Virus record (IMG/VR): IMGVR_UViG_3300021060_000040
Location: 32,001-96,000 of that record
Direction: 5' to 3' (one strand)
Source of the DNA: a virus
Taxonomy: Duplodnaviria; Caudoviricetes
DNA: 64,000 nt
Position numbers and translations under genes: made by a program. Positions 17,564-30,644 of this stretch are shown piece by piece (position 1 is the first letter of the stretch; the number at the start of each line of letters is the position of its first letter). The notes below the pieces were generated by a model that was given only the letters and a program-made list of their open reading frames with translations, was not told the DNA's origin and ran no database searches.

Positions 17564-18295
17564 ATGGATTTGGAAACCGTCAAACGGATTTTCCGCGACA
17601 ACAACGTGCCCATTACCCGGGACGATGCCTGGACCGTCCAGGGGTCGACCATGGTGGTGAAGCACAAGGCGCTGGAACGGCTGGCCGCCGCGTTCAAGCT
17701 GGTCTGGGATGCCCCGATCGTCGTCCGCGCCGAGCGTGAGGAAGCGGTGATCATGGCCCGGGCGACACGCCCCGATAACGGCGTGGCCGAATGGTCGTTC
17801 GGCGAGGCCCTGGTCAACGTGAACTATCGCGTTTCGGGCAAGCAGGCGGCCTACGTCTACGCCATGGCTGAGAAGCGCGCCAAGGACCGGGTGATCCTCA
17901 AGCTCACCGGACTGCACGGCGTCTACTCGGAGGAGGAGGCCGAAGAGAAGTTCGCCATCGAGAACCGGACGGACCATCCCGCCGAGCAGGACAGGCGCTC
18001 TGAAGCGACGTCGGGCGGCGAGCCGTTCCGCCAGGAGGAACGGGACCGTCCGGCCGCCGGCGCTGGGGCCGGCGACTCGGAGGTCGAGATCGAGCTGAAG
18101 ACCAAGGTCGATGCCTGCCAGACGTTCGACGAGGTCACCGACCTGATGCTCGATGAAGGCACGCAGGCGATCTTGGAGGCCCTGGGCACCGCGCGGGCCG
18201 AGGCGATCAAGACCTACGGCAAGATGCGGCTCAAGGCCCTGGGTTGGCCGGCCCGCCGCGGGGCTGGCGCCCAGCGTCAGGCCGAGGCGGCCTGA
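17564..18295 (+). CDS. putative single-strand annealing protein (Rad52/Sak-like)
   Basis: WSFGEA...YAMAEKRAKDRVILKL.G...YSEEE; near YqaJ; RBS AAGGAG. Confidence 0.55.
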   Translation: MDLETVKRIFRDNNVPITRDDAWTVQGSTMVVKHKALERLAAAFKLVWDAPIVVRAEREEAVIMARATRPDNGVAEWSFGEALVNVNYRVSGKQAAYVYAMAEKRAKDRVILKLTGLHGVYSEEEAEEKFAIENRTDHPAEQDRRSEATSGGEPFRQEERDRPAAGAGAGDSEVEIELKTKVDACQTFDEVTDLMLDEGTQAILEALGTARAEAIKTYGKMRLKALGWPARRGAGAQRQAEAA

Positions 18296-18305
18296 GCGCT
18301 CTCGG

Positions 18306-18581
18306 GTGACCGAGGCTGAGGCCTACGTGATGGTGGTCCTGGCGCATCTGCCGGGCGCCGTCGCCACCCAGACCGAGTTGCGGGAATGGTGGGCGAGCGA
18401 GGCCGATGCCCGCCGCCGCTACGGTCTGAGCCCAGAGCAAGAGGCGGCCCTCGTCGAGGCCTGCCGCCTCCGCATCCCGACCCTCCTCGAGGTGGCCCCG
18501 GTCACGACCCTGCCGGCAGAGCCCCGCGCCATAGGATCCTTCGGCCGGCGCGACAACGGAAAGAAGCGACGTTACGGATGA
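18306..18581 (+). CDS. hypothetical protein
   Basis: Coupled ORF. Confidence 0.5.
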   Translation: MTEAEAYVMVVLAHLPGAVATQTELREWWASEADARRRYGLSPEQEAALVEACRLRIPTLLEVAPVTTLPAEPRAIGSFGRRDNGKKRRYG

Positions 18582-19417
18582 CCAGGCTCCACACGGTGTC
18601 GGTGCGCCACTGCGCGCCCAAGGACACCCACGACGCCATCGAGGCGCTGGTGATCGCCGACGACGAGGCGATCTTGCGTGACCGGATCGACCGGGAATTC
18701 AACTATGAGCGCTGGAAGGAGCGTCAGGAGGACGGCGAGACCTGGACGGTCTATCCCGACGACGGCACGGGCGAGCACGAGGAGGGCGTCCTCGAGCGGA
18801 TGCTGCGCCTGCGCGGCGACGTCAACGACGGCGAGAACGACGGCCTCTACAGCGACCTGTACTACGGCCAGACCCTGTATGGCTGGGACGTCGGCCGGGA
18901 AGTCACCGACGCGCAGATTCAGGTCCTCCTGGCGCTTGGCATCGTTCAGGACTGGCGCGAGCCGGCCGAGGGCCCGGTTATCGCCGCGGAGGCACCGCCG
19001 CCGTCCCTGACCGCCCTGGAGGCGGCCAAGCGCCTCGATGGCAGCGCGTACGGGTCCGAGGGTTCGAAGGAGCTGTTCGCCGCGATGAAGGCCGCCGGCC
19101 TGGTCGCGGTGTTCGGCTACAGCGATGACGGCGTCGAGCTCCGCGGCGCGATCGATGACGAGCTCGGCATCGGCCGGTTCCATGTCACCCCCGAGGGTCT
19201 GCTCAAGAACGAGTGCGACGACGATGCCTGCCCGCACTTCAAGCGCAGGCAGGCGGGCACGGCAACGATCGAGCCGGTCGAGGGGGCGGAAGGCTTCGTC
19301 TGGACCTACCGGACAACGATCCCGCACCGGACCTTCATCGTGCGCGATGATGGCGACCTCTACTGCCGAGGCATCGTGTTCGCGCTGGCCGACGTGCCCT
19401 CGCCCATCGGAGCCTGA
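18578..19417 (+). CDS. two-domain hypothetical phage protein
   Basis: ATGA coupling; acidic domains joined by a Pro/Ala linker. Confidence 0.65.
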   Translation: MTRLHTVSVRHCAPKDTHDAIEALVIADDEAILRDRIDREFNYERWKERQEDGETWTVYPDDGTGEHEEGVLERMLRLRGDVNDGENDGLYSDLYYGQTLYGWDVGREVTDAQIQVLLALGIVQDWREPAEGPVIAAEAPPPSLTALEAAKRLDGSAYGSEGSKELFAAMKAAGLVAVFGYSDDGVELRGAIDDELGIGRFHVTPEGLLKNECDDDACPHFKRRQAGTATIEPVEGAEGFVWTYRTTIPHRTFIVRDDGDLYCRGIVFALADVPSPIGA

Positions 19418-19420
19418 GTC

Positions 19421-19648
19421 ATGCCCGACATCACGATGTGTGTCAGCGGCTTCTGCCCGCTCAAGCGGGGTTGCTACCGGCACGAGGCGAGCGGGACCAA
19501 GTCGGCCGGCCGAGTCCAGTCGATGAGCGAGTTCAAATGGAGCTGGATCGCCAACAGCCGGGGCGCGAAGGTCGCCTGTTACGACTATGTCCCGGTCCGC
19601 GACCCGGACCCGCGCTTCATGCCACACCCTGATCAGGTGCAGCCATGA
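19421..19648 (+). CDS. small Cys-rich protein
   Basis: MPDITMC..CPLK..CYR. Confidence 0.6.
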   Translation: MPDITMCVSGFCPLKRGCYRHEASGTKSAGRVQSMSEFKWSWIANSRGAKVACYDYVPVRDPDPRFMPHPDQVQP

Positions 19649-20181
19649 AGGCCGCCGACAAGTGGGTGATCCTGAATGCCCGCGAGGAGGCGGGCCGGAT
19701 CATCCTCGAGCCACATTCACGGGCCGATCGGGACCGGGTCGAGCGCCGCATGAAGAATGGGCGCGGCGAGATCCGCGCCTCCCTGGCGATGGTCCGGTCT
19801 CTGCCGCAGCTGCGGCTGTACTGGCCCTGGGTCCGCAAGGTGCTCGACTCGAGCGCGCATTTCACGACCGAGAACGGGCTCCACAAAATGCTGTTGCTCG
19901 GCGCCGGCGTGACCGAGCCCTTCATCGATCTTCAAGGCAACATCAGCCACATCCCCTCCTCCATCGCCTTCGACGCGATGGATCAGGAGGATTTCAACGC
20001 CTACTTCGACCGCGCTCAGCAGCTGGTCTCCGAGCACATCCTGCCCGGCGTAGATCTCGAAGCGCTCATGAAAGAAGCCAAAGAGGAATGCGGATGGTCA
20101 GATCCCAAGCCCGTGAAGCGGCGCCGGTCGTCTCCGGCCGCGCAGACCCAACCACCATCGCAGCCAGCCTTGGCGGCCTGA
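19645..20181 (+). CDS. DUF1367/NinB-like recombination accessory protein
   Basis: RSLPQLRLYW...PSSIAFDAMDQEDFNAYFD. Confidence 0.7.
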   Translation: MKAADKWVILNAREEAGRIILEPHSRADRDRVERRMKNGRGEIRASLAMVRSLPQLRLYWPWVRKVLDSSAHFTTENGLHKMLLLGAGVTEPFIDLQGNISHIPSSIAFDAMDQEDFNAYFDRAQQLVSEHILPGVDLEALMKEAKEECGWSDPKPVKRRRSSPAAQTQPPSQPALAA

Positions 20182-20461
20182 CGGTCGAGCTCGCCCTCGA
20201 GAGCGGCCTCAATCCGTATGTCGAGCTCCTGGAGGCCAAGCGGATCCGGGACGTCGTCTGCCACCGTTTCCTGGTCAAGCCGGCCGGGCTGGTCGGCTTC
20301 CCGGCCCCGGAGAGCCGATCGCAGGCCGCTCAGATGGAAATGGTCCGCAGGCTGATCGACCGAGGCTGGTGGATCCGGATGATCGACGCCTATCTCGAGA
20401 CGACCGGCTCGGCGAGACGGTACTTGAGCTTCTGCGCCGACGCTTCCGTGGGGAGGCCTGC

Positions 20462-20788
20462 GTGAACGCGGCGTCGCGCGACGCGGAGCGCCAGAACGCC
20501 CTCCGTTATCGCAAGGCGATCCAGGCGGCCGAGCTGTCCGTGCTCACCGACAGCAAGCTGCTGGGAATTCCGAGCGTGCGCCGGCGGCTCATTCGGCTGG
20601 CCGCCCTTCTGGCCCTGGGCTACGAGATCGATCTCGACGCCCGCAACTTTCCGGTCTCCCATCCAGAGAACGAAGCGCCGATGCGCCGGGCGCTCCAGGC
20701 GGCTGTCGCCGCGGCCGGTGAAGCGATCGTGGGGCTCGGCCAGCCAGCGCATCCGCAAGTGGTGTCAGCTCTTACCGTTGCGGCGTAG
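20462..20788 (+). CDS. hypothetical protein
   Basis: GTGA coupling after RBS GGGAGG. Confidence 0.5.
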   Translation: MNAASRDAERQNALRYRKAIQAAELSVLTDSKLLGIPSVRRRLIRLAALLALGYEIDLDARNFPVSHPENEAPMRRALQAAVAAAGEAIVGLGQPAHPQVVSALTVAA

Positions 20789-20953
20789 ACGTTCGAGCCG
20801 AAGCTGTTCTCGGCGAACGATCTCCTGCTCAATACAGGTTCTTATGAAGGCCAGGCGCGACTCTCCCTTCGCCAACACGGCCTTGATCCGTGCGAGGCTT
20901 CCGCTTGGCAATGAGAGATTGACGCTCTCATGGTAGAGTTTCTTTCGGCCCAC
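20765..20953 (-). CDS. small ribbon-helix-helix regulator
   Basis: MGRKKLYHESVNLSLPSGSLARIKAVLAKGESRLAFIRTCIEQEI. Confidence 0.65.
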   Translation of the reverse strand: MGRKKLYHESVNLSLPSGSLARIKAVLAKGESRLAFIRTCIEQEIVRREQLRLERLRRNGKS

Positions 20954-21330
20954 ACCGCGACAGGTGCCTGACAAACGATGCCCGTTCAAGGCATGCGGCC
21001 CTGCGGAGCTGCTGAATATCAGCATTTGCTATTGGTTCCCACAAGTTAAATCGGGTACGCGATATCAGGCGCGGCCCATAGTTGCGCACAAGTTGGCAAT
21101 TTTACTTTATATTTCACTTGCTCATTGCTGGTACGACTCGGACTTTGCATGATCGATGATAGCCGGCACGGGATGTTCGTCGAGATAGACTCGGAAAGAT
21201 TATTTCATGGCCTATCAATAAAAGTTCTGGACTCCAAAAGCCTCCTGTGAATGGACGCAACCTTGGAGCGAGTCGTTTGCACGCTTGCGCGATTGCAAAC
21301 GATATGCGAATGATGCGGCAGGAGATCGCC

Positions 21331-22386
21331 ATGCACACCAGACCTATGCGGCTCGGCGTCTATATCGGTCGCTTTCAGCCGTTCCACCTGGGCCACCTGC
21401 ACGTCGTGCGCCAGGCACTCGCGCATTGTGACCGGCTCCTGATCCTGATCGGCTCCGCCGACGAGCCGCGCACCACCCAGAACCCATGGACCGCCGCCGA
21501 GCGGGGCTCAATGATCCGCGCGGGCCTGCCCGGCGACATCCCGGACGTCACCGACACAGCGCCCGTGCGCGACTTCGAGAGCAACTTCACCTGGGCCGCG
21601 GGTGTCCGCGCCGCGGTGCAGAAGCACCTTGCCGACCTCGGCTGGTCGGGGGCCGAGGTCCTGCTCGCCGGCCACGCCAAGGACCACACGTCGTTCTACC
21701 TGGGCATGTTCCCGGAATGGGGCTCGCTCGACGTCGACAACTTCCGCCAGCTGTCGGCGACGCCGATGCGGGAACGGTTCTTCGACTGCGGCCAAGCGCT
21801 TGCGATCGATGAGGTCGGGATCGACGTCCACGACTGGGCCGAGGAATGGTTCTACCAGAACGCCCAGGCCGTCGGCTGGCTCACACGGGAATACGGCGCC
21901 GTCCGCGAGTTCCGGGCGCACTGGCGGATGGCTCCCCACCCGCCGACCTTCATCACCACCGATGCCCTCGTCGTCTCGGCCGGGCACGTCGCCGTGATCC
22001 AGCGCGGCAAGTTCCCGTTCCGCGGCCTGCGGGCGCTGCCCGGCGGCTTCCTCGAGCCGAACCTCAGCCTGCTGGACAATACGCTGAAGGAGTTCAGCGA
22101 GGAGTGCCTGGACGGCAAGTCTGCGGAGCTGCTGCGCTCCCACTTACGCGAGGTCCGGGTGTTCGACGCGCCCGGCCGCGACCCGCGCGGGCGCTTCGTC
22201 TCCCACGTCCACCTGTTCGACCTGCACGGGGCCTTCCCGACGCTCACCGGCGGCGACGATGCCGAGTGGGCCGGCTGGGTGCCGATCGACCGCTTGGAGC
22301 GGTCCGAGATGGCCTTCGACCATTTCAAGATCATCCGCTCGATGACGGCTCGACACGTCGTCGACACAACCCTCAAGGCTGCCTGA
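21331..22386 (+). CDS. nadM: bifunctional NMN adenylyltransferase / Nudix hydrolase (NadM-Nudix)
   Basis: IGRFQPFHLGH, NPWTAAER, LSATPMR; Nudix ALPGGF...KEFSEE, RDPRGR, GGDDA, FDH. Confidence 0.92.
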   Translation: MHTRPMRLGVYIGRFQPFHLGHLHVVRQALAHCDRLLILIGSADEPRTTQNPWTAAERGSMIRAGLPGDIPDVTDTAPVRDFESNFTWAAGVRAAVQKHLADLGWSGAEVLLAGHAKDHTSFYLGMFPEWGSLDVDNFRQLSATPMRERFFDCGQALAIDEVGIDVHDWAEEWFYQNAQAVGWLTREYGAVREFRAHWRMAPHPPTFITTDALVVSAGHVAVIQRGKFPFRGLRALPGGFLEPNLSLLDNTLKEFSEECLDGKSAELLRSHLREVRVFDAPGRDPRGRFVSHVHLFDLHGAFPTLTGGDDAEWAGWVPIDRLERSEMAFDHFKIIRSMTARHVVDTTLKAA

Positions 22387-22389
22387 CCC

Positions 22390-23799
22390 TTGTTCATCAA
22401 AGACCTTAACCCGTGCCTCGTGGTCGATGGATATAAGCCCAGTCACTGGGCCCAGCTGCCGCCCGACATGAAGGCCGGCTTCGGCTACATCGAGAGCCGC
22501 GGCGGCCGCCACAGGGAGACGCTGTTCTTCGGGCTCCAGGCGCAGCTGGCCTATCTTCGGCAGCGCATCACCCACGAGCACGTCGACGAGGCCAAGGCGT
22601 TCTACGCGCGGTACTACCCGCCAGCCTACCCGGGCCTGTTCAACGAAGCCGGCTTCCGGCGCATCGTCGATGTCCACGGGGGCTACTGGCCGGTGAGGAT
22701 CTGCGCGGCGCCCGAGGGCAGCCTGATCCCGACGGGCAACGTGCTCCTATCGATCTCGACGAGCGATGATCAGCTCCCTTGGGCCGGCGGCTACCTGGAG
22801 AACCGCCTGCTCCGCTCAGTCTGGTACCCCACGACTGTCTGCACCGAGTCGTTCATGATCAAGCGGGTGATCAAGCACTTCCTGGATCTGACCGCCGACG
22901 ATCCGGACGCCGAGCTGCCGTTCAAGCTGCACGATTTCGGCTCCCGTGCGGCGAGCTCAACGGAATCGGCCGGCCTCGGCGGCATGGCGCACCTGGTCAA
23001 CTTCCGGGGCACCGACACGATCGAGGGCATCCTGGCGGCGATGCGCTTCTACGGCGCCGACGTGTGCGGATCCTCGATCCCGGCCTCGGAGCACTCGACG
23101 ATCACAGCCTGGGGCCGCGCCGGCGAATGCGACGCCTACGCCCACATGCTGGCGACCTTCGGCCGGCCGGACGGCATCTTCGCCTGCGTCTCGGACAGCT
23201 ACGACATCGATAACGCCGTCACGAACCTCTGGGGCGGCGAGCTGCGCCAGCGCGTGATCGACAGCGGCGCCACGGTGGTGATCCGGCCGGACTCGGGCGA
23301 TCCGGTGAAGACCCCCTGCCAGACCGTCGAAGCCCTGGCCGAGAGCTTCGGGTTCACGCTCAACCGGAAGGGCTACAAGGTCCTGAAGAACGTGCGGGTG
23401 ATCCAGGGCGACGGCGTCGACGCGGAGAACATCCGGTCGATCCTGTTCTGGCTGCAGATGGGCGGCTTTTCGGCCAGCAACATCGCCTTCGGCATGGGCG
23501 GGAAGCTCTTGCAGGCCGGCATCGACCGGGACACCCAGCGCTTCGCCATGAAGCAGTCGGCGGTCTACCGCGGCGGCCGGTGGCTCGAGACCTACAAGGA
23601 TCCGGTCGGGGATCCGGGCAAGGCCAGCAAGCGCGGCCTGCTCGCGCTGACGCACGATAATGACAACGGCTGGGAGACCGTCCCGCTGTTCGGCGAGCGG
23701 CTGCAGCCCAACCAGCTCCAGCCGAGCTACGACACGGGGTGGTTTGCGCCGCCTGTGTCGTTCGAAGCCGTCCAAAAACGCGCTGCCGCTGCCCTCTGA
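22390..23799 (+). CDS. nadV: nicotinamide phosphoribosyltransferase (NAMPT)
   Basis: DGYKPSH, LHDFGSR, IPASEHS, VSDSYD, IRPDSGDP, VIQGDG, FGMGG, RDT. Confidence 0.95.
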   Translation: MFIKDLNPCLVVDGYKPSHWAQLPPDMKAGFGYIESRGGRHRETLFFGLQAQLAYLRQRITHEHVDEAKAFYARYYPPAYPGLFNEAGFRRIVDVHGGYWPVRICAAPEGSLIPTGNVLLSISTSDDQLPWAGGYLENRLLRSVWYPTTVCTESFMIKRVIKHFLDLTADDPDAELPFKLHDFGSRAASSTESAGLGGMAHLVNFRGTDTIEGILAAMRFYGADVCGSSIPASEHSTITAWGRAGECDAYAHMLATFGRPDGIFACVSDSYDIDNAVTNLWGGELRQRVIDSGATVVIRPDSGDPVKTPCQTVEALAESFGFTLNRKGYKVLKNVRVIQGDGVDAENIRSILFWLQMGGFSASNIAFGMGGKLLQAGIDRDTQRFAMKQSAVYRGGRWLETYKDPVGDPGKASKRGLLALTHDNDNGWETVPLFGERLQPNQLQPSYDTGWFAPPVSFEAVQKRAAAAL

Positions 23800-23840
23800 G
23801 GGCCTTGCTCTGTTTGCGCATTTGCGCTATTGCAAACGTT

Positions 23841-24377
23841 ATGCAAACGGAACGCGCGTTGGCCCCGGCACCCCCGCCAGGGTTTCGCAAGCCGATCCCC
23901 TTCCCGGTCAAAGTGGATGCGGTGATCCGGCAGGCAGCCCGGTGCAAGGCATGCGGTGAGCTGCTGGTGTCCTACAGGGACACCCAGTTCGATCATGTCC
24001 CGGCCGTGCATCTGCGGACGTGGGACCCGGTAGCCGAGGACGTCATCCCGTCCTCGAACGATCCGGATGCCATCCACGCCAAGCACAAGGACTGCCACGC
24101 GGTGAAGACCACGGGGCGCAAGGGCGAGAGCCGGCTCAACGCGGTCCACGGCGACGTGGCCGAGGTGGCCAAGCTCAAGCGCCTGACGAAGTCCGAGATC
24201 GCGTTCCGCCAGAGGCTGCTCGCCAAGGGCGAGCCGGAGCCCGAGCCCGACGACGCGCAGCCCAAGCCGCGCTCGCGCTGGCCCAAGCGTCCGTTCAATC
24301 GGAGTGCGCAACGTGGATCGACGACAGCGGGAAGTGAAGAGGGAGCTTCAGGCCATGGTGGCCAGTCGCTGCATTGA
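23841..24377 (+). CDS. HNH endonuclease-like protein
   Basis: CKAC...QFDHVP...N...HKDCHAVKT. Confidence 0.75.
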   Translation: MQTERALAPAPPPGFRKPIPFPVKVDAVIRQAARCKACGELLVSYRDTQFDHVPAVHLRTWDPVAEDVIPSSNDPDAIHAKHKDCHAVKTTGRKGESRLNAVHGDVAEVAKLKRLTKSEIAFRQRLLAKGEPEPEPDDAQPKPRSRWPKRPFNRSAQRGSTTAGSEEGASGHGGQSLH

Positions 24378-24543
24378 AGAATACCGCTTCGAGCCCGGCA
24401 AAAAGCATCCCAAGATCAACATCAAGCATCACGGCCAGTGGCATTGTCTCCCGTATTCAATGTCTCCCCGGACATCGAATACCGGAGAAGAGACGGCAAA
24501 GCTCGTACGCCGCATCATCAAAGGCAAGATCAGTGTCAATTAA
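24304..24543 (+). CDS. small protein, HicA-like fold possible
   Basis: FEPGKKHPKINIKHHG...PYSMSP. Confidence 0.45.
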   Translation: MRNVDRRQREVKRELQAMVASRCIEEYRFEPGKKHPKINIKHHGQWHCLPYSMSPRTSNTGEETAKLVRRIIKGKISVN

Positions 24544-24982
24544 CAAGACCCACGAAGGCCTGATCAAGGCCGCCATGCAGCTCGCCTCCAGCGATCGGCG
24601 CAAGCCCAGCAAGTATCCGCGCTACAGCTACAGCGATGCCGGCTTCGGGGTGCATGCCAAGCGCTGCCTCTCCGGGCTGGAGCGGGCTCGGCTGGAGCTG
24701 GCGATGCTGAACATGCGCCTGGCGCAGCCGGGCTCGAGCGAGCGCCGGGCCGCCTACGAGGCCGTCCGGGCAATGCCGGTCACGATCGTGCCGGTGAAGT
24801 ACGCCGAGCGCCTCGACCACTCCAAGTACCCGATCGAGCGGCTCGTCGCGATCCGGGCGGCCGGCGGCGGCAAGAAGGAGCAGGCCCGTGCGGCCCGCCG
24901 GGCGGCCGCGATCAAGGGCATGACCCCGGTCGCCGTCAACGACAACGCCGAGGGCACCAGCAATCAGGTCGAGGCAGCGTGA
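24533..24982 (+). CDS. basic hypothetical protein
   Basis: GC3-rich ORF, coupled. Confidence 0.5.
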   Translation: MSINKTHEGLIKAAMQLASSDRRKPSKYPRYSYSDAGFGVHAKRCLSGLERARLELAMLNMRLAQPGSSERRAAYEAVRAMPVTIVPVKYAERLDHSKYPIERLVAIRAAGGGKKEQARAARRAAAIKGMTPVAVNDNAEGTSNQVEAA

Positions 24983-25209
24983 TGGCAACCGAGATCACAG
25001 CCACGCTCGAACGCGCGTCCAAGGCCTCCGGCGTAGGCGGGCGCTATCTGGTCGGCTTCGTCTTCGGCGACGCCCACGGCCGTTTCAAGGACGGCAGCTT
25101 CATACATACCAGCCAGCTGAAGGAAGAGGTCGCGCCGGACGTGTTCCTGACGCGCTCGGGCAACCTCTACCGGGTGAAGAGCTGGTCAGCGGCAGATCCC
25201 TCCGCCTGA
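24979..25209 (+). CDS. hypothetical phage protein
   Basis: GFVFGDAHGRFKDG..IHTS...TRSG.Y. Confidence 0.6.
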   Translation: MMATEITATLERASKASGVGGRYLVGFVFGDAHGRFKDGSFIHTSQLKEEVAPDVFLTRSGNLYRVKSWSAADPSA

Positions 25210-25284
25210 CAATCCCGCGGCTCCCCACGAGCCAGCCGCGGGCGGCGGCCGATCCGCCCGACACCATACCTGAGAGGCTCCACG

Positions 25285-28815
<3,531 letters not shown>

Positions 28816-28824
28816 CCTGAGAAA

Positions 28825-28852
28825 CAAGCCCCCGGGCGACTCTGGGGGCTTG
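28825..28852 (+). terminator. hairpin after nrdJ
   Basis: CAAGCCCCC...GGGGGCTTG inverted repeat; weak U-tract; abuts a motif copy at 28858. Confidence 0.5.
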
Positions 28853-28910
28853 CGCGTTTGCGCGATTGCAAATACAAAGCAAACAGCAAACGCATTCGGC
28901 AGGTCAGGCC

Positions 28911-29357
28911 ATGGCAAGCGAATTCAAATGGTACGCCTCGCACGACCAGGAGAACTATACGATCGGCCCCTGCGACTCCCGTGAAGCGGTAATTGAGCAG
29001 GCCGTAAACGATGATCTTGGCCTGCGCCAGGGCCCGGAAGGACACTGGGACCGGCTGACCTTCCACATTCTGGAGGCCACCCAGGACCCGATCGACCTCT
29101 CGAACCACCTCGACGAAGACTCCGTCATCGAGGGGCTCTGCGAGAGCGTCGACGAGAACCACGGCGATCCCGACGGCGCCCGCTGCCTGCTCGAGGATGC
29201 CTGGAACACTGAACAGGAGGAGGACCTCCGGGACCGCCTGCGCAAGGCGATCGCCGAGTGGCAGGCCCACCACGCGATCGTGGTCAGGCCCTGGACCTTC
29301 ACCCGAACCCGCAACGCCGAGACGGTGGACGTCCAAGTCCCGCTCCCGGTCAACTGA
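28911..29357 (+). CDS. acidic hypothetical protein
   Basis: ORF after a motif copy. Confidence 0.6.
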   Translation: MASEFKWYASHDQENYTIGPCDSREAVIEQAVNDDLGLRQGPEGHWDRLTFHILEATQDPIDLSNHLDEDSVIEGLCESVDENHGDPDGARCLLEDAWNTEQEEDLRDRLRKAIAEWQAHHAIVVRPWTFTRTRNAETVDVQVPLPVN

Positions 29358-29365
29358 GCCCCGAC

Positions 29366-29809
29366 ATGAACGACAATTTCAAGCTGGACCCGGACGGGTT
29401 GGCGGCAGCCGGTGGGCTGCTTCAAAGCCAATGCCACGGCGCATCGCGCTCGGCCGGCTGGTGGAACCACAACGCGACCGGCCTCGACCTGCGCAGGATC
29501 GTGCGCAAGCCGGAAAGCGCGCTGGAGACCCTGCTCGCCGGCGCCCTGGTCGCGCAGAAGCTCTGCCTCAGCCACAGCGAGATCAGCGAAGCCATGGAAG
29601 GCCAGCGAAAGGGCCTGATGGACGACAAGCTCCCGCACCGGCCGATGATCGAGGTCGAGATCGCCGACGGGATCATCCGCCTGTTCGACCTGGGCGGCGC
29701 GCTCAACCTCGATGTCGGCGGTGCCATCGCCGAGAAGATGGCCTTCAACGCCGTCCGCCTCGACCACAAGGCAGAGGCCCGCGCAGCAGCCGGCGGCAAG
29801 GCCTTCTGA
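29366..29809 (+). CDS. MazG-like NTP pyrophosphohydrolase
   Basis: LCLSHSEISEAMEG.RK...EVEIADGIIRLFD...KMAFN. Confidence 0.8.
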   Translation: MNDNFKLDPDGLAAAGGLLQSQCHGASRSAGWWNHNATGLDLRRIVRKPESALETLLAGALVAQKLCLSHSEISEAMEGQRKGLMDDKLPHRPMIEVEIADGIIRLFDLGGALNLDVGGAIAEKMAFNAVRLDHKAEARAAAGGKAF

Positions 29810-29811
29810 GC

Positions 29812-30045
29812 GTGAGCTCGCTGGCATTCGTCATCGTCGCCTGCTCGGCGCTCGCCGGCAGTCCGCATCGCGACCAGTGCCGCGAGATCCACGTCCCCGT
29901 CACCGCGGACGCACCGCCCCTGGCCTGCATGGCTAGGGGCCAGGAATTCGTCGCGTCCCACCCCGAAGCCTTTGAGGGCGTCGACGTCATCGCCTTCGGC
30001 TGCGCCGAGCGCGCCCCGCAGGCCAACACAGGACAGACTCAGTGA
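29812..30045 (+). CDS. small exported Cys-containing protein
   Basis: Hydrophobic N-terminus, 4 Cys. Confidence 0.45.
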   Translation: MSSLAFVIVACSALAGSPHRDQCREIHVPVTADAPPLACMARGQEFVASHPEAFEGVDVIAFGCAERAPQANTGQTQ

Positions 30046-30305
30046 GCAAAGACCCGAAGGAAGTCGCGACGAGTGGTGTCGCGGCCGATGAGCTGAAACA
30101 GTTCATCGAGCGCCTGGAGCGGCTTGAAGAGGAGAAAGCTGGCATCCTCGAAGATATCAAGCAGGTGTTCCTCGAGTTGAAGGGGCGCGGATTCGACGGC
30201 AAGGCGGTGAAAACCATCTTGCGCATCCGCAAGCAGGACCGCAGCGAACGCCAGGAGCAGGAGGCGATCCTCGAGCTCTACATGCAGGCGCTGGGCCTCG
30301 AATGA
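30042..30305 (+). CDS. gapR: GapR-family (DUF2312) nucleoid-associated protein
   Basis: ADELKQFIERLERLEEEK...DIKQVF.ELKGRGFD.KAVKTILRIRK...EAILELYMQALG. Confidence 0.92.
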   Translation: MSKDPKEVATSGVAADELKQFIERLERLEEEKAGILEDIKQVFLELKGRGFDGKAVKTILRIRKQDRSERQEQEAILELYMQALGLE

Positions 30306-30644
30306 TCGTCCAACTCCTCACCAGCATCCGCCGGCTGCTCAGCAGCCCCGGGACGCACGCATCCTGGTCGGCCGGGCGTTCGGCTCCCCCAGGTGCCGGC
30401 TCCGAGCCCGAGGCGATCCTCCCCCTCGCCATCACCATGAACGCGGCTCTTGCCGGCCCGTTCGGCGTATTCATCGCGGCCAAGAGCTGCAAGAGCAAGG
30501 ATATCGAAACATGATGTGGGCCCTCGTCTCCCGCGTTGGAGATCTTCTGCAGCTGATCGGGCTGCTCACCGTCGGACAATGGATCTGGAAGGCCTCGCGG
30601 AACTTCTCGACCGCTGTTGCAACCTTCAAGGCAAAGTTCGCCTG

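Noticed and set aside
25210-25284. Cobalamin riboswitch or NrdR box upstream of nrdJ
   Set aside because: Only short GC hairpins; too short, and no B12 box or NrdR consensus
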